Origin: Spirochaetia bacterium
GTDB taxonomy: Bacteria > Spirochaetota > Spirochaetia > WTKD01 > G963693115
Reading direction: 5' to 3'
NCBI GenBank assembly: GCA_965216965.1
Contig: CBDCGX010000003.1
Coordinates: forward strand, 24,033-88,032
Length of the DNA: 64,000 bases
Shown here: positions 40,209 to 49,754 of the stretch, piece after piece
Layout: the number at the start of each line of letters is the position of its first letter
How positions within the stretch are numbered: position 1 is the first letter of the stretch
Notes under the pieces: model-generated
The model's input: only the letters and a program-made list of their open reading frames with translations
Told to the model about the DNA's origin: nothing
The model's database searches: none
Made by a program: the position numbers and the translations under genes

Positions 40209-41023
40209 TGGACATAATTATTTGGATACTACCATATCTCATCGTAAGTATTATGCTTGGGTTTTTATGTGCATGTGTTGGGGTTCATACACAGATGATG
40301 GGAGTTGCAAACTTAACTGGAGGTATTGCCCATTTTATGATAGGACCAGTGGGAATAAGTTATGTATTGAGATCTGTTTATAATTGGAATATAGGTTTCT
40401 TTGTTGTTGGTTTTATAGCTACTTTTATTCTTGTTTTTCTACTTCCTGTAGATAGTGATGGGCATTTTAAAATTTCTCAAGAAGTAGAAATTTTATGGAG
40501 TTTGGGTATGGCATTAGGTCTTTTTCTTGTATTCTTTTTGCCTAAATCTGAATCTGTTGATTTAGAGTCCTTTTTATTTGGTAGTTTAGTTACAATTGGA
40601 GTAAAGGAGATAGTTTTTATTGCTATAGTATTCTTTTTCGTGATTTTCATTGAGTTTTTTTTCTATAATCGATTTAAATATCTTGGCCTTGATGATGTAT
40701 TTTTAAAGTCAAGTGGAATTTCTACAACGTTTTGGTATAGATTGCAACTTTTTGTAACAAGTATCACCATACTTGTTGTGCTTAAAAGCATAGGTGTACT
40801 TATGCTTATTGCTATAATAGCAGTTCCTTCTGCAATAGCGAATATATTTTCAAAAACATATAGAGCATTTTTATTCTATTCTATTATTTTTTCAATAATT
40901 ACGATTGTTGCAGGGTTCTTTATAAGCTCTATATTACAATTTCAGTTTAGCTCTTTTACAGCACTTATGATAAGTACTATATACTTCATTTCTAAGTTTT
41001 TTTATTTTTGGAGGAAAAAGTAA
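40205..41023 (+). CDS. ABC-3 family metal transporter permease (ZnuB/TroC-like)
   Basis: The start overlaps the ATPase stop (ATGATG). ~8 predicted TM helices. Size and hydrophobic pattern are typical of ABC-3 permeases. Confidence 0.7.
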   Translation: MMDIIIWILPYLIVSIMLGFLCACVGVHTQMMGVANLTGGIAHFMIGPVGISYVLRSVYNWNIGFFVVGFIATFILVFLLPVDSDGHFKISQEVEILWSLGMALGLFLVFFLPKSESVDLESFLFGSLVTIGVKEIVFIAIVFFFVIFIEFFFYNRFKYLGLDDVFLKSSGISTTFWYRLQLFVTSITILVVLKSIGVLMLIAIIAVPSAIANIFSKTYRAFLFYSIIFSIITIVAGFFISSILQFQFSSFTALMISTIYFISKFFYFWRKK

Positions 41024-41150
41024 TAATATTGCAATGTATACTTCTTGCATTGTAATGTATTTTTGCTATACTTATAACTGTAAACAAACAAGGATATTTA
41101 AAATTGAGAGTAGCGTTTTAGATAGTATTGAAAATTTAAGAGAGGTAGAT

Positions 41151-41831
41151 ATGAATGTTTCAAAGAAGTATATTATAGGTTTATTTATAATAATTATAAG
41201 TTTTTCTAGTTTTGAAATTGCATATTCTCAAACTAAAAGTGCAGGAGAAAAGAGTGAACTATTCACATTTTCGGCAGGGTATAGAGTGTTTTCAAGTTTT
41301 CTCCTCTTAACTGGGAAAAAAAGTATGGATCTTATCGATAATGGTAATATTATTCAGGTAGTGTCTCATACCGCGGGACTTGAAGTATCAATAAATTATA
41401 GTCTTCTATATTTTAATTTCTTTTATTCTTTTCCTAGTTATTCTGTAAACATGAATAATAAGATTCCTACAGAAAAGTTGCGTATGAATTCCGCACTTGG
41501 GTTTACGCTTGGAATTGGATATGCTTTTGGTGAGGCCATACAGATTTCCATGGGGTTTGGGCCAAGTGCGCTTATATATTTTTATAATGGAAAAGGAGAA
41601 AAATCAGAGGATAGATACAACCCTAGTAATTCTGTACAGATTGGATTAGGGTTGTTAGGAGAGGTTCAGTTTGTACTGTTTTTCACACAGCGTTTTGGGC
41701 TTTCTATTGGAGCTAACGGAGGTTCTTATTTTGTTATAGATAGAAAGAGTGTAAATAAGGGTGGCTTTAGCATAAAATCAGATATGTTTGTGGCAACAGG
41801 GGCTCTTAAGGTAGGATTTGCTATCAAATAG
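41151..41831 (+). CDS. putative small outer-membrane beta-barrel protein (226 aa)
   Basis: Signal peptide MNVSKKYIIGLFIIIISFSSFEIAYSQ. Alternating hydrophobic/polar, Gly/aromatic-rich strands (GFTLGIGYAFG, GLGLLGEVQFVLFF, GALKVGFAIK). The ORF-track start at 41034 has no signal peptide. Confidence 0.5.
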   Translation: MNVSKKYIIGLFIIIISFSSFEIAYSQTKSAGEKSELFTFSAGYRVFSSFLLLTGKKSMDLIDNGNIIQVVSHTAGLEVSINYSLLYFNFFYSFPSYSVNMNNKIPTEKLRMNSALGFTLGIGYAFGEAIQISMGFGPSALIYFYNGKGEKSEDRYNPSNSVQIGLGLLGEVQFVLFFTQRFGLSIGANGGSYFVIDRKSVNKGGFSIKSDMFVATGALKVGFAIK

Positions 41832-41866
41832 CTTTTAAATATCGAAAAAGCTATACATTTATTTTT
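41828..41866 (+). terminator. possible intrinsic terminator (ATAGCTTTT / AAAAGCTAT stem, T-rich tail)
   Basis: 9-bp stem at 41828-41836 / 41846-41854 overlapping the stop codon, followed by acatttattttt. Confidence 0.4.
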
Positions 41867-41894
41867 AAATTGTTGCAAATGAAGAAGAAAAATG

Positions 41895-41923
41895 TTGACA
41901 AAACACATAAAAATGTTTATACT
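41895..41923 (+). promoter_or_regulatory. near-consensus sigma-70 promoter TTGACA - 17 nt - TATACT
   Basis: TTGACA at 41895-41900, TATACT at 41918-41923. About 106-nt leader, then AGGAGG and the ATG at 42030. Confidence 0.5.
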
Positions 41924-42029
41924 ATTTTATAAATGTAATATTATTATTTATAACATACAACATGTTATACGTATAATTTAGTTAGATTAGTTAGTTTATT
42001 TTTAATTATTATACTATTTAGGAGGTATT

Positions 42030-43916
42030 ATGAGAAAACTAATATTTATTTTTTCTATTTTAATCTTATTTTCAGCGAGTGTTTTTGGTGTTACAAGAAA
42101 GCAGGGTTCTAATGGGGTTAAAGTAGACTGGTTGTTTACACCCAAGGTGTCTACTAATGTGGGTTTTAATATTGACTTTAAGTCTTTCGGAATAGAAGGA
42201 AAAGCATCATTTCAAGCAAAAACTGTTATTAGGAAAAAGGCTAATGAAGAGTTTGTGAGCGATAATGCTGATAAAATTTATGCGAAAATTGAAGTCAAAG
42301 ATCTTGAGATGAAAATCGATTCTGGAACCGTACTTCAAGGAAATAAGAAAAAAGTATCTATTGATCCTGATGCAAATAATAATAGTGTTGATTATATAAT
42401 TGCATTAGGTGATATTAATGGAACAATTTATCTTGGACCTGCGTATATAAAACTTGCTTCACGGGGAAATGAAAAAGTAGATTATATAAATGCATTTGTA
42501 AATAGCTCAATTAATGTTGTAGAGCGAGATATCATTGCTCCTGATTATACTGGACGTCGACAAGGAACGGATGCTAAAAATTATCTTATAGAAAATAATT
42601 CAAGTTATGTTGGATCAAAACTCAAAGGGGATGTAGGATATGATCCTGATACAGCATCGCAAGAGTTAGACACGCTAACTGTTGATAATAATGTTCTTAG
42701 TTTAACTCCTACTTATAAAGTGGGAGACAATCTTGCTTCTTTTGGAGTTGGGTTTAAGCTTGATAAGATAATAGATGTTAGAGTTGATTTAATGACTACA
42801 TACAGTTTCAGAAGTAATATTCCGTATGCTTATAACCCAATGGCACTTTCTATAAGTATGGAACTTCTTGCTGTAGACAATCTTACCTTAGCGGTTAAAG
42901 CTGGTTTTATATGGTCTCCTTCTTCAAAACCATCTGAGTTTATAAGTGGTATTACTTCAGATAATGGAACTCCTATTAGCTTTGGATTTAAAGCAGGATA
43001 TGATGTTCTAATAGGAGACTTTAAACTTACACCTTATTTAGGACTTGATATGGCATTCCTGAAACTCAATATTCTTGATGCGGTGTTGGGTTTAACAAAT
43101 AATCCTGGAGCGTTTATATATAACAAAGATGGCGAAGCTCGAATTACTGGCATCCCTGTTGAATTGGGTGTAGGTGTTAAATTTACGTGGGCAGGTAAAG
43201 GAGTAAAGGAAGCTAATCAAGATCTTTTTGGGAAGAAGGATACCGATGTTAGTGATGGTGTTGCGTTAGGTGTTATATATGGAAGAACTCCTAATCAAGT
43301 ACTTCGTTCAATAAATACCAGTTATATTGGTGCAAAGATTTCTTTTTGGGAAAGTGAAGATAAAGATAAGCCTGGTATTATCCCTGGTCTTCAAGCTGCA
43401 TTTGTTTTAAATGCAAACTATGCATTAGGTGGCACATATACAGACAATATTTCTGGAATATCTAGCAATGGATCAGCACTTACTAAAATTAAAACATCTC
43501 CTTTCTTTGATTTAGGAGTTGGATTTGATGTATCATACAGAGTGTCTTTTGTGAGACCACGGATTGGAATGATAGCAAAATGGTTTAACGTTATGAATGA
43601 GGTAAAATCTGTGATCTTTGAAAGAGACGGAGCTGATAACATTGAAGTTGCTGTTAATGAACCTAATAAGTATGATCTTAGACTTAAAATTGGTGTTGAT
43701 ATTATTGATGTTATTCCCAACACAGTATTTGATCTTTACTGGGTATCTGGAGACCTTTTGAAAACAAGCACAAAGGTAGATCCAGAAGGATATTCTACAG
43801 AAGCTGAAAGAAATTCTCATGATGCAAACCAAAGTAAGGATTTCTTTTCATCGGATGCAGGAGAATCATCAGCATATTTGGGGTACATAACACTTGGTGC
43901 TACAATTAAATTTTAA
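42030..43916 (+). CDS. large outer-membrane/surface protein (628 aa), possibly a major-sheath-protein/porin-like beta-barrel
   Basis: Signal peptide MRKLIFIFSILILFSASVFG. Strong AGGAGG RBS. Amphipathic beta-strand pattern throughout. The terminal ...LGATIKF ends in Phe, as in OMP C-terminal signatures. Confidence 0.6.
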   Translation: MRKLIFIFSILILFSASVFGVTRKQGSNGVKVDWLFTPKVSTNVGFNIDFKSFGIEGKASFQAKTVIRKKANEEFVSDNADKIYAKIEVKDLEMKIDSGTVLQGNKKKVSIDPDANNNSVDYIIALGDINGTIYLGPAYIKLASRGNEKVDYINAFVNSSINVVERDIIAPDYTGRRQGTDAKNYLIENNSSYVGSKLKGDVGYDPDTASQELDTLTVDNNVLSLTPTYKVGDNLASFGVGFKLDKIIDVRVDLMTTYSFRSNIPYAYNPMALSISMELLAVDNLTLAVKAGFIWSPSSKPSEFISGITSDNGTPISFGFKAGYDVLIGDFKLTPYLGLDMAFLKLNILDAVLGLTNNPGAFIYNKDGEARITGIPVELGVGVKFTWAGKGVKEANQDLFGKKDTDVSDGVALGVIYGRTPNQVLRSINTSYIGAKISFWESEDKDKPGIIPGLQAAFVLNANYALGGTYTDNISGISSNGSALTKIKTSPFFDLGVGFDVSYRVSFVRPRIGMIAKWFNVMNEVKSVIFERDGADNIEVAVNEPNKYDLRLKIGVDIIDVIPNTVFDLYWVSGDLLKTSTKVDPEGYSTEAERNSHDANQSKDFFSSDAGESSAYLGYITLGATIKF

Positions 43917-43934
43917 TTAGAGGGTATAAATGCT

Positions 43935-43971
43935 AATGAATAAGAAGGATTGCTTAATACTTATTAAGTAA
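43935..43971 (+). terminator. Rho-independent terminator
   Basis: AAGGATTGCTTAATA / TATTAAGTAATCCTT 15-bp stem (one G-U pair) directly followed by a T7 run. Confidence 0.75.
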
Positions 43972-44009
43972 TCCTTTTTTTAATAAAAAAATTAAGGAGT
44001 TGTAGTATT

Positions 44010-45779
44010 ATGGATGATATAGTATATCACAGATTTGATGCAATTATTATTGGCGGTGGTGGTGCAGGTTTGTATGCTGCACTTGAAGTAAAAAAATCAA
44101 TGAAAAATATATCTGCAAAAGTTGCTGTAGTAAGTAAGCTATATCCTATGCGGAGTCATACTGGTGCTGCACAGGGGGGAGTAGCGGCTTCTTTAAGTAA
44201 TATGGGTGAAGATAACTATGAGTGGCATGCATATGATACTGTAAAGGGGGGAGATTACCTTGTAGATCAAAAGGCAGCTATGGTGCTTACGAAGGATGCT
44301 CCTGAAGTTATTTATGAACTTGAACACAATGGTTTGCCTTTTTCGCGCACATCAGAGGGGAAGATTGCACAACGGCGTTTTGGTGGACATACACATCATT
44401 TTGGGGAAGGCCCCATTATGCGTACGTGCTATGCTGCTGATAGAATAGGGCATCTTATATTGCATACTCTGTATCAACAATGCATAAAGGAAGAGATCTT
44501 ATTTTTTGATGAATTTCATGTAATACAACTTTTGATGAGTGGTACAGATGTAATAGGAATAGCTGCCATATGTATTGCAGATGGTAGTTTGCATATATTT
44601 TCATCAAAAGCAGTTATGTTTGCAACAGGAGGGGCAGGGCGCATATTTAAAATAACATCAAATGCACTTTCAAATACGGGTGATGGACCTGCACTTGTTG
44701 CGAGGGCGGGAATCCCTGTAGAAGATTTAGAGTTTTTTCAATTTCACCCAACGGGTATCAGAAACATAGGGGTGCTTATTACCGAAGGTTCACGTGGCGA
44801 AGGAGGAATTCTCAAAAATGGGGAAGGAGTAGCATTTATGGCACAGTATTCTCCTAAGCTTAAAGACCTTGCTCCGCGCGATATGGTTTCTCGTGCCATT
44901 ACAAAAGAATTGCTTGCAGGAAGGGGAATTATGGGGACAGGAAAGATTAGCGACTATGTGCACCTTGACCTTACTCATTTAGAAAAGGGTGTTATCACTC
45001 AAAAACTTCCCGATGTGAGGGAGTTTTGTATGACCTATACAGGAAAGGATCCTGTAGAACATCCTATTCCTGTGCATCCGACGGCTCACTATACTATGGG
45101 AGGAATACCTACAGATATAGATGGAAGAGTTTCGTATTCAAAGCAAGTATATGGTGGATTGTATGCTGCTGGTGAATGTGCCTGTGTTTCTGTACATGGG
45201 GCAAATAGGTTAGGATCTAATAGTTTGCTTGAACTTCTTGTATTTGGAAGAAGAGCAGGTAGAAGTATTGGCGATTATATTAAGCATTCAGAGCAGATAT
45301 TTATTCCACAAGATCAAATTGATAGTGCAATGGAAGGTTATAATAGCTTGATACATCGAAAAGGAACTCGTCCTGTTGGGGAATTGTATGATAAATTACA
45401 ATCGACTATGTCAGAGAAGGCAGGGGTGTTTAGAACGGAAAAGAGGCTTAAAGAATGTATTGCTCAAATATCAGAAATACGAGAGCTTTATAAAGAAGTT
45501 GGAGTTACAAATAATAGCACAGACTTTAATTATGATATAACACGTATTTTTGAATTAGGATCTGTTCTTGATCTTGCAGAAATTGTAGCAATAGGAGCAC
45601 TCATGAGAAAAGAAAGTCGCGGAGGTCATTTTAGAGAAGATTATCCAGAAAGAGATGACGAAAAGTTTCTTAAGCATACTATGGTTCATCTTGATGTTAC
45701 AAAAGAACATGATAGAGTAACTATAGAATATGATGATGTTGATGTAAGCATATGGGAACCCAAGCCCAGAATATATTAA
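44010..45779 (+). CDS. sdhA: succinate dehydrogenase / fumarate reductase flavoprotein subunit
   Basis: IIIGGGGAGLYAA FAD fold, RSHTGAAQGG (covalent-FAD histidine), HPTG, HYTMGGI, GANRLGSNSL, RKESRGGHFRED. Confidence 0.9.
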   Translation: MDDIVYHRFDAIIIGGGGAGLYAALEVKKSMKNISAKVAVVSKLYPMRSHTGAAQGGVAASLSNMGEDNYEWHAYDTVKGGDYLVDQKAAMVLTKDAPEVIYELEHNGLPFSRTSEGKIAQRRFGGHTHHFGEGPIMRTCYAADRIGHLILHTLYQQCIKEEILFFDEFHVIQLLMSGTDVIGIAAICIADGSLHIFSSKAVMFATGGAGRIFKITSNALSNTGDGPALVARAGIPVEDLEFFQFHPTGIRNIGVLITEGSRGEGGILKNGEGVAFMAQYSPKLKDLAPRDMVSRAITKELLAGRGIMGTGKISDYVHLDLTHLEKGVITQKLPDVREFCMTYTGKDPVEHPIPVHPTAHYTMGGIPTDIDGRVSYSKQVYGGLYAAGECACVSVHGANRLGSNSLLELLVFGRRAGRSIGDYIKHSEQIFIPQDQIDSAMEGYNSLIHRKGTRPVGELYDKLQSTMSEKAGVFRTEKRLKECIAQISEIRELYKEVGVTNNSTDFNYDITRIFELGSVLDLAEIVAIGALMRKESRGGHFREDYPERDDEKFLKHTMVHLDVTKEHDRVTIEYDDVDVSIWEPKPRIY

Positions 45780-45805
45780 ATTATAAACATATTAAGGAGA
45801 AATAT

Positions 45806-46555
45806 ATGACGGTAACAATTAAAATAAAACGATTTGATCCTAGGGCAGAAGTAAAAATATATTATTCTGAATATAGCATAGATGTAGAAGGAGGCATGCG
45901 GGTTATTGATGCATTAGAGACAATAGCACGAACGCAAGATTCTACATTGTCTTTTAGAAGAAGTTGTGTACATGGAGTATGTGGTTCTGATGCTATGAGA
46001 ATTAATGGGAAAGAAATGCTTGCATGCAAGGCATTATTTCAAGATATCTGCAAAGATGGAAATACTACTATAAATATTGAACCACTTAATTATCTTAAAC
46101 CTAAAAGTGATCTAATAGTAGAACAAAAACCATTTTTTGATAAGTTTAAAAAAGTAAAACCTTATTTTATTCCTAGAAATGATCTTCCTGAGATTGGTGA
46201 ATTCTTACAAACACAGGATGAAAGAAAATTGCTTGATGAAGCCTCTACATGTATTGCATGTGCAGCATGCTATTCTGCATGTCCAATACTCAAAGAAAAT
46301 AAGGATTTCATAGGGCCAATGGCACTTGTACAGGCAGCTCGGTTTTTGGATGATACTCGAGATGTGGGACTTAAAGCGAGAATAGATGTCTTAGACAGTA
46401 AAGATGGAGTATGGGCATGTGAAAACATGTTTGAATGTACTAAGGCATGTCCGAGAGGTATAAAAATAACAAAGCTTATTAATCTTATGAAAAGAAAAAT
46501 AAAAAAGTACAGAGAAGAACGAGGGGAAAAAACACAAGAACCAATAAAAGAGTAG
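45806..46555 (+). CDS. sdhB: succinate dehydrogenase / fumarate reductase iron-sulfur subunit
   Basis: AAGGAGA RBS. 2Fe-2S region SCVHGVCGSDAMRINGKEMLAC. CIACAACYSACP and CTKACPRGI cluster motifs. Confidence 0.9.
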   Translation: MTVTIKIKRFDPRAEVKIYYSEYSIDVEGGMRVIDALETIARTQDSTLSFRRSCVHGVCGSDAMRINGKEMLACKALFQDICKDGNTTINIEPLNYLKPKSDLIVEQKPFFDKFKKVKPYFIPRNDLPEIGEFLQTQDERKLLDEASTCIACAACYSACPILKENKDFIGPMALVQAARFLDDTRDVGLKARIDVLDSKDGVWACENMFECTKACPRGIKITKLINLMKRKIKKYREERGEKTQEPIKE

Positions 46556-46576
46556 CATAAAAGTTTTGCTCTTTTA

Positions 46577-46625
46577 CTTCTAGCTTTATACAATTGTATA
46601 AAGCTAGAAGAGATATTATTTTTTA
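46577..46625. terminator. hairpin between convergent sdhB and lgt (possible bidirectional terminator)
   Basis: CTTCTAGCTTTATA-caattg-TATAAAGCTAGAAG, perfect 14-16 bp stem at 46577-46610. The T6 run is only 8 nt further on, so it is not fully canonical. Confidence 0.55.
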
Positions 46626-47594
46626 TTAAATTAGTACATGTTTTTTTATTTTTCCATTAATGATATAGGTGAGTATTAATGTTATGATGCTAAGTGTAAT
46701 CATAACGGCTGATAAAACTTGACCAGTTGTGAAATTTAAAGGAGATACATAGAGCCACCGTGGATTAGAAATATCGGAGAATTTAATAACAAAATCGAGT
46801 CCCGAGTCAGGTTGTCTAAAATATTCTACAATAAATCTTCCTATGCTATAAAAAATGACGTATAGTGACATAAACATTCCCGTGGCATAGTATGAGGTTT
46901 TCCGAATTATTTTGTAAATTATATAAAGTATGATAAATGTAAGAGTGCTTTCGGCAAAAAGTTCATACAGTTGAGATGGGTGCCGAGGTAGGTTTACTAA
47001 CCCTAGAGTGTTTGGAGATATATTAAGGGTGTCTGCAACAGATTTCACTCTACTATCAGCATAAGGAAGGTGTTCTGCAAGTGGAAATATCATTCCAAAG
47101 GGAGAAGTTGTAATTCTTCCAAAAAGTTCTCCATTAATAAAATTCCCTAGTCTTCCAAATCCGTACCCAAGAGATGTTCCAATTGCTATTTTATCGCCTA
47201 TATTCCCTATAGGGATACGGGTGACAAGACAATAGGTGACAATGGCAACTGCCCCCCCTACAAGCCCTCCGTGATAACTCATACCTTGGATTCCAACAAA
47301 GTTCATGTTGCTGTCAAATGGCCAGAACATCTTCCATGGCTGAAGGAGTATTCCTATATTTTGGCTATAGATGACTTCGGAGAATAGTCTTGCACCAATA
47401 AGAAGCCCTATTATTGCCCAAAAAAATAAATTAGGAATTTTATCTAGAAAAGGTGCTTTCTCTTTTTTGAGATGATGGTATATAAAATAGTAACACGTTC
47501 CAAATGCAAATAAATACATAAGACCGTACCAACGAAATGGCAGATTGGGGATTATTTGAGATGTTAACCATGATGGATATTTTATATATAGCAT
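46626..47594 (-). CDS. lgt: prolipoprotein diacylglyceryl transferase
   Basis: YGLMYLFAF, HGGLVGG, GRLGNFINGELFGR, HPSQLYE motifs. Confidence 0.9.
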   Translation of the reverse strand: MLYIKYPSWLTSQIIPNLPFRWYGLMYLFAFGTCYYFIYHHLKKEKAPFLDKIPNLFFWAIIGLLIGARLFSEVIYSQNIGILLQPWKMFWPFDSNMNFVGIQGMSYHGGLVGGAVAIVTYCLVTRIPIGNIGDKIAIGTSLGYGFGRLGNFINGELFGRITTSPFGMIFPLAEHLPYADSRVKSVADTLNISPNTLGLVNLPRHPSQLYELFAESTLTFIILYIIYKIIRKTSYYATGMFMSLYVIFYSIGRFIVEYFRQPDSGLDFVIKFSDISNPRWLYVSPLNFTTGQVLSAVMITLSIITLILTYIINGKIKKHVLI

Positions 47595-47608
47595 GCTATA
47601 ATTATAAC

Positions 47609-49072
47609 ATGAAAAAGTTTTTTATTGTCTATATGATATTTTTAGTTGTTCTTACTTCTTTTGCACAGAATTCTAAGCAAGATGTGCGTGGAGTTGTGGA
47701 AGAAATTTTTGGTTCTTCAAAAGATTCAAAAGAAGATAAAAGCAATGACAGGGTTGTCCTTTCAGAAAAAGAAAAGCGAATTGAAAAACAAAGATTCTTG
47801 GGTGATATGTCATTGGCATATGATTATATATTTAAAAATTATTATAAGGATCCAGATCCTAAAAAGATTGTTAGCGGTGCGCTTAAAGGGATACTAACTA
47901 ATCTTGGCGATCCGTATTCTACGTTTATTACTCCTGAAAAAGCAAAAGAATATAGTGAGAATATCTCAGGTGAATTTGGAGGTCTTGGAATTAGAATAGA
48001 TGTAGGCGTAGATGATACACAAACATCATATATAAAGGTACTGTCTCCAATAAAAAACACCCCAGCCGAAAGGAAGGGGATACGATCGGGAGATCTTATT
48101 ATTGCTGTTGGTGATGTGAGTCTCGCAAATGTGAGTTTAAACGATGCAGTAAATATAATGAGAGGAAAACCCGGAACTAAAGTTACACTCACTATTAAAA
48201 GGCAAAATAATTTATTTCAACTTGATATTGTAAGAGCAATTATAAATAATATAGAACTTACCTATGATTTCATAGATGATTCTATAGCATATCTTAATAT
48301 TAGTAATTTTTCCCAAGATCTCTATGGGGAATTTCAAGAGGCTGTTCAAAAAATTAATGAGAAACCTTACAAGGCTTTACTTGTCGATCTTAGGAATAAT
48401 CCAGGAGGGTCATTGCAATCTGTATTAAAGATTGCTGATGCGTTTTTATCTGAGGGTATCATTGTGGGCACTAAGGCTAGAAATGAATCTGAAAGTAAAG
48501 AGTATATGGCAGATGCTAGAGTTCTTATACCTAAAGATAAAAAAGTATATGTTCTTGTAAATGCATACTCTGCATCTGCATCGGAGATTCTATCTGGTGC
48601 TATTAAATTTTCTAACAGAGGAAAGATACTAGGGAGTAAAACATATGGAAAAGGTCTTGTGCAAGTCATCAATGGTTTTGAGTCGGGATTTATAAGCCTT
48701 ACTGTTTCTCAGTATTATACTCCTGGAGATCATTATATAAATGGACGTGGTATTTTCCCAGATATAGAAATAAATGCAAATGAAGAAAATCTTATACCAG
48801 AAGAAGATTTAAATATGCGTACTATATTGAAAGATGATTTAGCCCGAAAGTTTGTTGAGCAATATAAAGGGAATGTAAGAAACAAGGATTCATTAGCGCA
48901 ATTTAAAACTTATCTTAAGCAAAAAGGATTGATAATATCAAATGATATTGTGTTAAAGAAATTACTTCTAATTTCGGAGAATCGATATAATAATATTATA
49001 AAAAACTATAATCTTGAAACTGACATAATATTGCAAAAGGCAGTAGATATAATAGAGAAGGAAGTGATATGA
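47609..49072 (+). CDS. ctpA: carboxy-terminal processing (S41) protease with PDZ domain
   Basis: Signal peptide MKKFFIVYMIFLVVLTSFAQ. GIRSGDLIIAVGD (PDZ). DLRNNPGG. Catalytic SASASEILSGAIK and GKGLVQ. Confidence 0.85.
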   Translation: MKKFFIVYMIFLVVLTSFAQNSKQDVRGVVEEIFGSSKDSKEDKSNDRVVLSEKEKRIEKQRFLGDMSLAYDYIFKNYYKDPDPKKIVSGALKGILTNLGDPYSTFITPEKAKEYSENISGEFGGLGIRIDVGVDDTQTSYIKVLSPIKNTPAERKGIRSGDLIIAVGDVSLANVSLNDAVNIMRGKPGTKVTLTIKRQNNLFQLDIVRAIINNIELTYDFIDDSIAYLNISNFSQDLYGEFQEAVQKINEKPYKALLVDLRNNPGGSLQSVLKIADAFLSEGIIVGTKARNESESKEYMADARVLIPKDKKVYVLVNAYSASASEILSGAIKFSNRGKILGSKTYGKGLVQVINGFESGFISLTVSQYYTPGDHYINGRGIFPDIEINANEENLIPEEDLNMRTILKDDLARKFVEQYKGNVRNKDSLAQFKTYLKQKGLIISNDIVLKKLLLISENRYNNIIKNYNLETDIILQKAVDIIEKEVI

Positions 49073-49073
49073 A

Positions 49074-49535
49074 TTATTCTTTTTCGGATGATGAAATAGA
49101 ATCTGCTAAGAAGTGAGAAAAAAGAAAAATGATTGTGTTTTTCTTAGTTTTGTAAAGAACATGGGCAACAATATTTCTTATTGGTCGTATGTAAAGGAAT
49201 ATTCCTATGACTGACGTGATTAATTCTGGAATTATTATAAGTGTTCCCACAACAATAATAATAATAAACTCTGAGAATTCTTTATATAAAAACTTTCCTT
49301 TATGTGCATGATACTCAATTATTTTAAATATTCTTACTGCACTATTGAGGCTAAAAAGCGCTCCAACGCTAGAGATAAGAGCTATGACAATGAGTAGAAG
49401 GTATATATTGTAATGTTCAAGTAATATAGAAAATATATAATAGTCTATTAGAATAAATGTTCCTAGGAGAAGTAACATATAAAAATATAATATAATCTTT
49501 TCTAACGATAAAATCCATCTCATAGAATATTCCAC
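49074..49535 (-). CDS. FxsA-family membrane protein (tentative)
   Basis: MRWIL start, three or four TM helices. PELITSVIGIFLYIRPIRN resembles the FxsA PGFxTDxxG..LLxPxxR motif. Confidence 0.45.
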   Translation of the reverse strand: MEYSMRWILSLEKIILYFYMLLLLGTFILIDYYIFSILLEHYNIYLLLIVIALISSVGALFSLNSAVRIFKIIEYHAHKGKFLYKEFSEFIIIIVVGTLIIIPELITSVIGIFLYIRPIRNIVAHVLYKTKKNTIIFLFSHFLADSISSSEKE

Positions 49536-49754
49536 TTAGTTAATACTATTGTACAATATAATTGTATGTATGTAATGTTTTTGTAACTTATTAGATGTAT
49601 AGAAAAGCACTAAAATACACAGTGGTTGCGTAACTTGTTGCATAGTAGTGGTTTAAATAATATCCATATTATGTAACTTTTCTGTAACATATTAATATAT
49701 ACAATAATATTAGAAAACAAGTATACTTATAAAAAATGATAAGGGCTAAATTTT

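Noticed and set aside
40165-40383. 72-aa ORF overlapping the ABC ATPase/permease junction
   Set aside because: It is out of frame with both well-supported transporter genes and has a Cys/Trp-rich implausible sequence.
41034-41150. 5' extensions of ORF-track models (41034-41150, 47537-47608, 25601-25672, 45752-45805, 32005-32028)
   Set aside because: In each case an internal ATG with a better RBS gives a proper signal peptide or the conserved N-terminus (MNVSKK.., MKKFF.., MKEMYGTIEAGG.., MTVTIKIKRF.., MFDKYL..). The extensions overlap upstream genes or lack homology-like sequence.
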